A stretch of DNA of 58,585 bases from an uncultured Clostridia bacterium (GTDB lineage: Bacteria; Bacillota; Clostridia; Christensenellales; UBA1242): positions 1-58,585 of the forward strand of contig CALVZE010000004.1 in assembly GCA_944372445.1 (NCBI GenBank), in the 5' to 3' direction. This document shows positions 12,001-17,093 of this stretch, in pieces. The translations under genes and the position numbers were made by a program. The notes beneath the pieces are model-generated. The model did not search any database. It worked only from the letters and a program-made list of their open reading frames with translations, and had not been told where the DNA came from. How positions within the stretch are numbered: position 1 is the stretch's first letter; every line of letters starts with the position of its first letter.

Positions 12001-12358
12001 CGCTGACATCAAGATAATCATAAACGCTTTGGTTTGCCATAGCATAAATTTTAACCTTTGCATTGCCAGACTTAATTGCTTTAAGAGTGACAGCATAAGA
12101 AGAAGCGTTCTTTTTAGATGTGGAATATGTAACAACATCACTGCCAGACTCTACCTGAACACCGATGCCGTCACTTGAACCATTTAGCGTCACTTCAACC
12201 ACATCCTCTTGATAGTTATCTTTATCAGTGTCGTTAGTGTAAATTTCCATGTAGTTAGTAGATAACGAAAGAGAAGGATTTTCTTTTGAGCAACTCGCTA
12301 AAAGCATCCCTCCAAAAAGCATGAACACGCTAAGAATTCCTAGTGCAATTTTTCTCAT
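1..12358 (-). CDS. Giant surface lipoprotein (>4,119 aa, 3' end beyond window) with N-terminal beta-rich/Ig-like region and repeated GLUG-like beta-helical modules
   Basis: ATG at 12358 after RBS TAAGGAGG. N-terminus MRKIALGILSVFMLFGGMLLASC (lipobox LAS-C). I translated the frame and spot-checked it at 2-80, 2402-2500 and 9122-9240 with no stop. The ORF track shows no long complete ORF here, consistent with one ORF running off the edge. Repeated motifs: YVGGVAGYSFG, VGGLVGYFG, VSGFVGENTG, IVGGVVGAVFG, FVGGLVGYAGG, SLDGNGYTI, ILDGNGFTI. Confidence 0.9.
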   Translation of the reverse strand, partial: MRKIALGILSVFMLFGGMLLASCSKENPSLSLSTNYMEIYTNDTDKDNYQEDVVEVTLNGSSDGIGVQVESGSDVVTYSTSKKNASSYAVTLKAIKSGNAKVKIYAMANQSVYDYLDVSVLTIPTSTSIIDQNDADGRTSLFVVKEGSGTFLDVDKYISFAPADANVKDVVWMLKDVNTGEYVTEFAQSNGTEVVTTAKIEDNKLYVYNGYTNPKITVHAIVQSNEELSQEIDFQVIENSTIGAFSINGNSLLGEGKNVEIDLVRNNSSTTDDAPSEITGQVVINTFDEKMTITPKAYLKDSGREVDTREYFKFTITERSYDGVNSALTIDFTINALYDDFTMEKRFGELYFGLELGYSKYIYSINTRDELEKEAILNLSFVPESVVIRDSAGNDVGGQVIDLYSEYYNSQGYLLSCNVYPDDIPLTNSTYQVRVNIGGLTNIDSVDDVLHIYNRNTGVEIEWSRVDGSASTYITKEIPNGTALYFRSGDLSGKNSINGFEINFIATGNPAIATETITANLYHITMGSTMEVEEVFFDDQGEETGSTDDYSATKYISSARNALGVADAKEYYFKISGISSIEGLSLEKSNNKNFNISMEEYRRSGQVEEQYMIVKVTVSLNGVEFRDFTSFNFNHKSGLNSNSVTIEAFNPLATVSIYNNSKGANNIYDEKSENQSYVLSGGEIVEGNEDMSLSSLLVSAGSNVSLLLDYQNATLDTSNVLAGYQFFYLDSTAAQISDEEFELLTIQGIIDRGLYNNFNTGANNDYNYFTFTNGELRVSNSQFVIYIMVRFFGYDEEHNSVTFVRFFRLESFYPVTSLRSDIAETTLLSKESLSVNDEALSSVDVSLTLRGDDNLATYSDLSYFKVILGTSTSYVTNNDKEINASLIGQENNFEKMLSLSEISYIYNDYLLLTNFRIVGNELRFNISAQSTKFQNVVGEAIKIQYAFKNSIFPEIIDVTIRQVDRVEKIEWLNGGITSQVYLNLASDDSTDKSYTINMSVAPNEAYNKELTYYYQPMDNNQNILQITTSSLGQSFTLSIRDTSQGGWGYLYLLPADMIKIERGTQNALTYKLVDGEYEPYYRPLDEIHNWYSEVVNGENGALNYFLNNDNEKVYYKDIIVQIRVTVADGKSEETAIRVYNEEDFNAIKLNPTLYYRVMNDITLNNWKSFDFSGMIFGDNDNVMLTINGESLVNSLSGVIKDLNIQGSVTGGAFVAREIKGETINISNNTYLKPTVENVNVDVIYDDESKNYVSSSVSGSYNFGEGTYAGAIAGVNAGNIIDCKVYGVNMNTAEASYVGGVAGYSFGLISGSGVEFYNFAGDKPNKFLGGTVGGLVGYFGADGKNSTIRDSYVYAFNLNNGIGSSKIGSYTNNISANIAFNAIAGTINATGSNAIETSFAFMGDYALLAPQNSNVTIKNSYISNYYLQEGLYYPKFTYYAGDGNVYSATYESLGNTVWSLDSSIWEIENISTEINFGYPYLKNVTQTPKVSVAQTIHTVDGKSLAVDNGVNGILYNYNVKEPITGDIANGELKSYYTISVSELFGVTEREAESLLVSVNNQEYASFSNSAIITQKTTDNLVDRTVVLTLVSRTDFSETKTFEIMILDAIPTFVTTINGAEIRDNQIVNIQTGIDNTQSINIVVDDSLYLYGERYTLILDDYEYYNEFDESNVFEKETETLTYFSSQVVGGTIVYEAENARENGYVSAKISLGLKNLEDKHSSYAEAIKENNQRTISLSSYDGANSLVVDSTALRLKPHETQMFKADLVSDNMNDKINIQIGYEDDIYNIIYNDKNNGTITINDNLVLDISITKAESSLSYSVLIGVNRNYRHKVDKDYNLKIFVRPESQKNSDKYLRTISLLVQKQTIENVNVVNYMVSGKQLRNNTWYYVRTDQITSTITPGTETILALEVNPNFAHMSNFKVTYTLSNASAGTVSLSRLMYKEYYGYYINTSTTESLNSLNSTERGLMVTPTDDDLTNGTYYFRLYVSSSFTANSVINITFTFYDGDEVLTTSTSSYSIDYIQEAVVRVNGETSVILAKSSSATVTVEVDNDQTLDSIYLSGHGDYITMTNIEAVDHGTYTTYTAHINTSVLSKLANGASTGSFTVEASVVGYVNGRATYKYSYATIYLVDFTIDPEEVGVASSASTIIYGGQEYDAFHSYINASSTLSFDYQINPESYNYNTANVDEVKAVNELLAKRSDFRADGYYRDEANSYYINCKFNTSTGRYEALSLRDRLYYVNSDGSATAIYNVNQGSFLENSTFDFSGGTSGNGITIKGKQSGSVLLRLKTFIIIGNNTFEYDYDFVVRVEIWTDEEVPIPIYTAEEFLRYMNGNEDSEGNLETGDYILMNDIVLTNYTPLTTEYVNSLDGNGYTIFLNSFNYNTSSTELNLALFSEVTENTTIKNVRVNVYNGGQLTVNVNTYTNINIAGFALVNNGIIYNSDVVSFYDVNNSLRRLSGDTGIVVNFVKGNGGQATDLTTGDISPENVNIAGFVLTNNNVVTNSRVGGETYKYIREEFDERYYDEMSLSLFTVQGQGYVSGFVGENTGTISASFASNVEIINSMRTTLSETAGFVRHNNGNINTSYVKGAYQSDSSDEYFYDGSTISATGKVGGFSYYNNGTIKNSYVNFAIEIDEARSYLSAGFIYENDTEGIVSLCFAQVKMSEEDSSYINNMGFSGVDEKGNSLNKNDVGISYCYYYSDERNIDIQSNYDIGAYAISRVNDESIYYRFSFTSTEGALDGIWTMQGGDDGITLASADHIAFSNRYIVYNEENEEEYSLFYSTLRDYSTRAYVDLSYGSLNNPIIIRNSEDFAKATGKATDVEISSYKQYYNDYEVFGHYRFVSDIDFGTIDQNLDDNNAIRLTTTTKDFTGILDGNGFTIHNMSLESSSVVENYGLFARIKDGSIMNLGLEVASVHNGNASIVGTLAGTAIDSRLVGLTLNPVDARDEEDMLVAISIHGHNIVGGVVGAVFGNSKLSDIIIEDIDVAANYYDENKEVRYEPNGNGIVIPNDNLVGETLKMIIEAGGSLKGNISSLSYAGGLAGYVDIYQYEDEENVTYTGSVDYSSYDLSTIRIYNSINIYGEVAGGFVGYLSATTIGYDMGLELDADMGLTNPSYITAKNLYAGGIVGESYGGLFASYAEYSRELQDTIEENMYSYYNGGTTVERGQTSIFSYTAEENDKVNKDNNPYFVGGLVGYAGGGYITTSYNRLNVVSNMSNHDDYEGYFGGLVGAVNADYYYTSETMLSRSQISYFMNETYFSGVLNTTTNMQGGGAIGLITSDSIVGLKNVNTMPYYENNTDNMSKLFGLIGGFETDVMDGGNISFKTPSHIYLLDNLNGHYDVVSGGSLAGGESPTTSIAVSALYLAQNDVTVNLATRYNYIFGYTDSLIKVVNSSLDETVTSQITNDRIMQVEWMKDLPTMELGYTKMNQYFLRNDWDPNYWEHEVNTLYPRIVLTPRTNVVFLDAYEESIRSVMEAIHSNSSLTVVVRGMIEPDNPSGGYTDVNLTGSYENGEPIIDAMDRATNFSGKFISYEEYMKTRSEGVISSQDVVVKGEGGYVLGGTAGENVGLILDQPIFKSVDYGFELNGLNIYYVNEEIETTKSGYTSLLVARTATNATFTNLDIHLNSSLTLQADTSGMAGLLTAEAVSSDFLNINIIFRRDKDADTNASDILFNDSASDLLDGESQYFGILAGRMVQNSPYKGMTISNINFAVEEKTQGSSGSLINKATIKVDFDRTSDKSYSLFFGLLAGDSSIDDSANISTFRMTSLNRYLENDYNIAISLNDPIVADALKELYVGAYFGRANFTVIEGVLSDDNYPINGITINQGLSVGTEYVGLGFGKVTGSGTMSISTNVEREVFFNVAGKITHEAPRTILKNGSATTAYIGGLIGQAEMNLISIDNTVKTNVRVPGPDYIGTFAWDKAYIGSLIGNLNGSLSAESFETNNTLYMVANERSQFETNIYYGLVGATSGASSVELGTGQDVKPMTSNDSVTIGNTIGDIYVGGVIGCVSSETVNKLAIANYINKSSYEFRKCENVVVGGVIADAKTTSYKVRTSGFGGKVVFDASEGYNLTVGGVIGVSKTSTEKSSILSAYSYGDVFVNYGRDVRLEEYNF

Positions 12359-12429
12359 GACTCCTCCTTAGATAATATTTGCATTAAGCAAATAAAATAT
12401 TTAGATAAATTCGGCATAATATATAATAT

Positions 12430-12457
12430 ATTATAAACTAATAATTTTTTAAATCAA
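12430..12457 (-). promoter_or_regulatory. Putative sigma-A promoter of the giant lipoprotein gene
   Basis: TTGATT-16 nt-TATAAT on the minus strand about 70 nt upstream of the start codon. The region is AT-rich, so a chance match is possible. Confidence 0.45.
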
Positions 12458-12702
12458 AATATTTTAACAAAAATAATTCAAAGTTACGAAATTTATTTTT
12501 TTATTTTAATTTAATAAACATATAAAATTATTTCCTTTTGTCGACCGAATGCAAAAACATGCACATTAAAAAATACAAGAAAAAATAAATAAAATAGCAA
12601 AAATTTATTAAAAAACAATAAAAAATAGCCTTTTTTTAATTAAAAAATGATTTTTTGGGCTATTTTTTATAATTTTTATTTTTTAAAATAATATCACAAA
12701 AA

Positions 12703-12969
12703 TTAAGCATCATTTATAAGTCTTTTCTCTTCAAACTTTTTTCGTGTTGACTCGCCACCTCGAATATGCTTCTCTTCAAAATGTTTATCAAGTATTTTCT
12801 TAATTTTTTCATATAAAACATAATCCACTTTTCTCAATCTGATTGAAAGGTCATAATGAACGGTGCTTTTAGAGAGGTGGAACTTTTTTGCACTTTCTCT
12901 TATCGTGTCATGCGTCTTTAAAACATACTCCCCTAGTTCTCGCGTTCGGCTAACTATATAAGGCTTCAT
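12703..12969 (-). CDS. spoIIID: Sporulation transcription factor SpoIIID
   Basis: MKPYIVSRTRELGEYVLKTHDTIRESAKKFHLSKSTVHYDLSIRL...HIRGGESTRKK matches the SpoIIID HTH (SKSTVH-D, HIRGG). Start moved to 12969 on the basis of RBS GGGAGG. Confidence 0.93.
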   Translation of the reverse strand: MKPYIVSRTRELGEYVLKTHDTIRESAKKFHLSKSTVHYDLSIRLRKVDYVLYEKIKKILDKHFEEKHIRGGESTRKKFEEKRLINDA

Positions 12970-12989
12970 AAAAAAATCCTCCCACATAC

Positions 12990-13018
12990 AAAATATGAGA
13001 GAATTTGTCGAAATATGA
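12990..13018 (-). promoter_or_regulatory. Sigma-E type promoter of spoIIID
   Basis: Minus strand reads TCATATT-14 nt-CATATTTT, matching the sigma-E consensus and spacing. spoIIID is a known sigma-E target. Confidence 0.65.
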
Positions 13019-13028
13019 TAAAGTTTGT

Positions 13029-13259
13029 CTATTTTTTACACTTTTCGATAAGCTCAGCAACCTCTTTGACAGTCTTGACCTGATTAATTTGGTCATCAGG
13101 AATAGTTACGCCATACTCATCTTCAAGCGTCATCAACATCTCTATGATATCAAGTGAATCAGCGCCCAAATCTTCTAAGATGTTTGCATTATCGCCGATT
13201 GTTTTTGTGTCAATTCCAAGTTGTTCTGCAAGTAATTCTTTTACTTTTTCTATAATCAT
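13029..13259 (-). CDS. acpP: Acyl carrier protein
   Basis: 76 aa, acidic, with LGADSLD phosphopantetheine attachment motif. Confidence 0.95.
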   Translation of the reverse strand: MIIEKVKELLAEQLGIDTKTIGDNANILEDLGADSLDIIEMLMTLEDEYGVTIPDDQINQVKTVKEVAELIEKCKK

Positions 13260-13416
13260 TATATTGCCCTCCGATAGGATTATAATATCATAATACCTTA
13301 TTAAAAATCAACTTATTTTACGATAATTTCAACATTTAATTAAATATTTTTAATATTTATCAAAATATATAGATTATTGTAAAATATTTCATTGTTTTTA
13401 AATTAAGCTTTTAATA

Positions 13417-13447
13417 AAAGACCTGCAAGCTATTTGCAAGTCTTTTT
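13417..13447 (-). terminator. Probable intrinsic terminator after the M23 gene
   Basis: Imperfect inverted repeat AAAAGAC(C)TGCAA / TTGCAAGTCTTTT flanked by A/T tracts. Confidence 0.5.
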
Positions 13448-13466
13448 AGTTTTTAAATCGTTAAAA

Positions 13467-14027
13467 TTACTTGTTGCCTAAATCTAAATAATTGTTTGGG
13501 TCAACTTCTACGCCGTCTTTAAAAAGAACAAAGTGAAGAGCTGTTTCGTCATCAAATTCTCTGCCTGCCGAATTTGAAGCATCGCCTATTTTGTCGCCTT
13601 TTTTAACCTCATCGCCCTCGCTTACAAGCACATTGTCGTTCAATGAAGAATAGACGCTGACAAAACCATTATCATGAGTAATTTCCACGATATTACCTTC
13701 CAAGCTGTTGCTAGAAACACTTGTTACCGTTCCATCAAGCACAGACATGACACTTGTGTCAGTTGAAGATGTAAAATCTATGCCGAGGTGAATTTCCCAT
13801 CTATTTAAAATGTCGTTGTATTGCAATTTTGTGTCTGAATAATCCTTAATTATTTCCGCATTATTCATAGGCGTCTGAAAGGTTAAGTCAGTGGTCGAAA
13901 CCTCACTCGCCTTACCTCCAACCGTCAACGCAACAGTCAAGGCTATTGCCACCGTAAACACCCCTGCAAGAGCAAGCGCGCCGTATCTTTTGAAAAAGTT
14001 TTTAAATTTATTTGTTTTTATTTCCAT
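13467..14027 (-). CDS. SpoIIQ-like M23/LytM family membrane protein
   Basis: N-terminal TM helix, HLGID (HxxxD) motif, GNIVEITHDNGFVSVYSSL, and ALHF in place of HxH. It lies between ywmB and spoIIID, as spoIIQ does in Firmicutes. Start moved to 14027 on the basis of RBS GGAGG. Confidence 0.8.
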   Translation of the reverse strand: MEIKTNKFKNFFKRYGALALAGVFTVAIALTVALTVGGKASEVSTTDLTFQTPMNNAEIIKDYSDTKLQYNDILNRWEIHLGIDFTSSTDTSVMSVLDGTVTSVSSNSLEGNIVEITHDNGFVSVYSSLNDNVLVSEGDEVKKGDKIGDASNSAGREFDDETALHFVLFKDGVEVDPNNYLDLGNK

Positions 14028-14093
14028 GTTTTCCTCCATGCCTATGTTATTGTCACAAAATTTAAAGTTTAAACATGAATTTTTCAAATTTTT

Positions 14094-14546
14094 TTAATAA
14101 CCCGTGAGTATCAATGGAAATCCAGCTATAACTTCGTTCCCCTTAAGGGCAAGTTGCAAGTTGACCTTTTTGCCGTCAACTATGACGGCGTCTTGATAGA
14201 AAGGTGAGTATGCATAGATTAATCTAATCTCCTGCACTTCGCTTTCTTCTATAATTGTAGCTTTCAAAATTTTCAAAATTTCATCAGCACTTACATTCTT
14301 TAAATAAAACTCTAAGCCCGTAACCGGCACTTTTTTCACCATGTTCAGCCCCTCCTCTTTTGTGCAATAAACAAAATCAACATCTCCGCAAGAGATTATT
14401 TCTCCCTCGTTTAAGCTATCGTCCTTCACAATTAAACATACCCTATATGTTTCAGCAAGCGTAAATAAAGGATTATAGGTATCCTTAGCAAAATAAGATG
14501 CACCTATCATCAAGGCAATAAAAATAAATACTAAAATTTTTTTCAT
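14094..14546 (-). CDS. YwmB-like (TATA-box-binding fold) protein
   Basis: N-terminal hydrophobic anchor and C-terminus GKKVNLQLALKGNEVIAGFPLILTGY resembling YwmB. Synteny with spoIIQ/spoIIID supports this. Confidence 0.65.
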   Translation of the reverse strand: MKKILVFIFIALMIGASYFAKDTYNPLFTLAETYRVCLIVKDDSLNEGEIISCGDVDFVYCTKEEGLNMVKKVPVTGLEFYLKNVSADEILKILKATIIEESEVQEIRLIYAYSPFYQDAVIVDGKKVNLQLALKGNEVIAGFPLILTGY

Positions 14547-14670
14547 AAACTGATTTTTGCCAAAAAATAAAAATCCAACAGAAAATCTGCCGAATTTTTA
14601 AACAAGTTTTATCAAAAACACAATTACTATTAAACAAACATCATTTTAATATCACTTAAATAATTTAACT

Positions 14671-14988
14671 TTACAACACTATCAAAAGAACAAGAAAGGT
14701 CAAAAATAAACATCCACCGCCTATTATACCGGTTAGCGACAAGAGTTTTACCTTATCAACTTCTTTTTTTGGTTTTTTTTCTTTCTTTTCGTTGGCGACA
14801 ATTTTTATATTCTCTTTTTCTTCTACGCTTTCCTTTACAACATCAGGTTTCGGTGGTAAATTTTGCGATAAAGGCTGAGGTGCTTTAACCTCTTCACTGA
14901 TGCTTTTTTCGCTCCCCACCTTAGATAAGTTAGGTGGCGGAGGTGGAAACTTTTTTGGTGGCACAGGAACCTTGATTTTTTCTTCCAT
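14671..14988 (-). CDS. Hypothetical proline-rich protein with C-terminal membrane anchor
   Basis: RBS AGAGG. N-terminal PVPPKKFPPPPPN, charged linker, C-terminal hydrophobic helix. Confidence 0.6.
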   Translation of the reverse strand: MEEKIKVPVPPKKFPPPPPNLSKVGSEKSISEEVKAPQPLSQNLPPKPDVVKESVEEKENIKIVANEKKEKKPKKEVDKVKLLSLTGIIGGGCLFLTFLVLLIVL

Positions 14989-15040
14989 TTTTACCTCTTT
15001 ATTTCATTTTAATAAAATAAATGATAAAAGTCTAGCAATT

Positions 15041-15574
15041 TTACGCAATTTCAAAGTCACCCCAAATATTTTCTAAACTCGCGTCAATATTTTCAACAAC
15101 AATTGTCAAAATATATTTCTCTTTGCTATTTAACTTTGCTTCCGCAGGAATGACAATGTAGTCGCAGAATGTAACTTTGTTCCCGACTGCTAAATTGCCA
15201 TTGAGATAAAAGTAACCGTCAGTTGCTTTTAAAAAATTTTGATTTGCCACAAAGTCAATAGGAGTGAGATTATCTCGTGCAAAAATCTCAGCCTTAACTC
15301 TCACTCTCATCTCCTTATCAACATCAGACGCCCTTATTTGAACCACCTGCGGAATTTTCTCATTCGGAAGATATGAGCCGTCAAGCGTAAACGAAAGCAC
15401 GCTGGTTTCATTTGGAGAAATTTCCACCTCCACCGTTTCGCCCAAGCTTAAATCTGAGGAAATGTTGTTCATTGCCACAGAAAAAAGATAGCCTGAAAAA
15501 CCTAGGTATAGCGAAATTCCAAGCAAAACAACTAAAATAACGATTGTAAAAATATAAGGATATGACTTTTTCAT
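15041..15574 (-). CDS. Membrane-anchored/secreted beta-sandwich protein, TasA/SipW-substrate-like
   Basis: N-terminal TM helix, then MRVRVKAEI...DGYFYLNGNLAVGNKVTF...LTIVVENID, which resembles the C-terminal domain of SipW-dependent matrix/pilin-like proteins. Confidence 0.45.
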   Translation of the reverse strand: MKKSYPYIFTIVILVVLLGISLYLGFSGYLFSVAMNNISSDLSLGETVEVEISPNETSVLSFTLDGSYLPNEKIPQVVQIRASDVDKEMRVRVKAEIFARDNLTPIDFVANQNFLKATDGYFYLNGNLAVGNKVTFCDYIVIPAEAKLNSKEKYILTIVVENIDASLENIWGDFEIA

Positions 15575-15599
15575 ATCCTTAGTTTAACTTTAAAGATGA

Positions 15600-16988
15600 T
15601 TAATTATTCAATAATTTAGCACTTTTTTCACGCTTGCGACGCTTGTTTCTCTCTGCTCGGAAAAGTTCTATTTGCTTAGCCTTAAAAACTTGACTTTCCT
15701 GTTGAAGAGCAGCGCGCTTTTTTGTCCACTTCCACTTTCTGTTGCCGTATAGTGTGTCATAAGCTATTACAAGCAAGCCTTGAAGTAGGTGGAAATAATA
15801 TGTCGCAAATCGCCAAAGTAGTAACGCCCAAAAGGTCTCTCCGCCTAACCCTCCGATGTTGCTAAAAATAATTGTGAAGGTGATTTCATTCATGCCCGAG
15901 CCTCCCGGGAGAGGAATAAAACTTGAAGACAACTCAATCAACGCCGCCGCCATAAAGAAGGTCGAATAAAGTTCGCCTGCCCCTGTCGCTGGAAATCCCT
16001 TAAAAATGCAATAAATAAAGAAAGGAATCGACTTTGTAACCACATTTGCACAAGTAACAAGTAGCATTTGATAAACGATGTCCCAACCAGACTTGCTATA
16101 TTCTTTCATAATAGCCTGATAGTCATCTACAACTTTCATTGTGCTTTGATATTTTTTTTCATAATTTTTGATTAAATGAAGTTTATTGCCTAATTTTAAC
16201 AGCCAGGAAACAAGTTTTTTGCCAAACTTTGTCAGCGACACCAATAAGATAGCGGTCACCATACCCAAAGAGAGGATTAAACCTATGATACTTGTGACAG
16301 AAATAAAAGTAAAGCCCGATAACGCAGTGTTGAAACTTGCGCTAATTAAGCACGCCAAGCACACAGTTGCCCAGACAATATCTGAAAAGATAAGCTTCGC
16401 CATAGGAATACTTAGCGCAGTAGACGCTGGAACATCATGATTTATTAAATATGAAGTCATGAAAGCCTGCCCGCCTGCCGCAAGTGGAGTTACATCATCA
16501 TAATATTTGCAAATAGCTTGCGCTTTATATGTTAAGAGCCACCTTGATTTATAAGTTTTTCTGTAAATCATCCTGTGAACACCAAAAACATTAAATGAAA
16601 AAGCTAAAAAGACAAAAACAAGATAAACAAGCACAAACTCCCAATGGATTTCAAGTTGGCTTAATGGCGTAAAGCCTTCATCCGAGCCCAACAAATTCCA
16701 AAGCAAAATTGCAACAACAAGAACTATATTAAAGATAAGAAAACAGATATTGATAATCTTTTGCTTTTTTGTGTTGATTTTTTTTACTTCTTTGTTGACC
16801 TCTTCCAGCTTTTCCTCAACAACCTCTTTATTTTTAACATCTTCTTTCTTAAATTCTTCTAGTTTTTCTTCTACTTTCTTGTCATGTTTTTCTTTAAGGC
16901 GTGAAAAAAACTTGCCCTTCTTATTTACCTCAGGTTCTTCTACTTTATTGTTCTCAACGATTTCTTCCACAGCCTTTTTGTCGTCCAT
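15600..16988 (-). CDS. Lysylphosphatidylglycerol synthase TM-region (flippase-like, YbhN/UPF0104) membrane protein
   Basis: Motifs YYDDVTPLAAGGQ and FIPLPGGSGMNE, LLWRFATYY, multiple TM helices, and a long charged N-terminal extension. Confidence 0.8.
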   Translation of the reverse strand: MDDKKAVEEIVENNKVEEPEVNKKGKFFSRLKEKHDKKVEEKLEEFKKEDVKNKEVVEEKLEEVNKEVKKINTKKQKIINICFLIFNIVLVVAILLWNLLGSDEGFTPLSQLEIHWEFVLVYLVFVFLAFSFNVFGVHRMIYRKTYKSRWLLTYKAQAICKYYDDVTPLAAGGQAFMTSYLINHDVPASTALSIPMAKLIFSDIVWATVCLACLISASFNTALSGFTFISVTSIIGLILSLGMVTAILLVSLTKFGKKLVSWLLKLGNKLHLIKNYEKKYQSTMKVVDDYQAIMKEYSKSGWDIVYQMLLVTCANVVTKSIPFFIYCIFKGFPATGAGELYSTFFMAAALIELSSSFIPLPGGSGMNEITFTIIFSNIGGLGGETFWALLLWRFATYYFHLLQGLLVIAYDTLYGNRKWKWTKKRAALQQESQVFKAKQIELFRAERNKRRKREKSAKLLNN

Positions 16989-17093
16989 ATAGTATTATTT
17001 TAACAAAAAAAAGAAACATTTGTCAATAATTAACAAAAGTTTCTTCTTTGTAATAGATTTTTAATTGAAAATCAAAAGTTTTTGACCGCTTTA

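Noticed and set aside
379-12178. About 13 short ORFs (60-101 aa) in the track over this interval
   Set aside because: They are antisense or off-frame shadows of the giant minus-strand ORF, with no RBS and no protein-like features.
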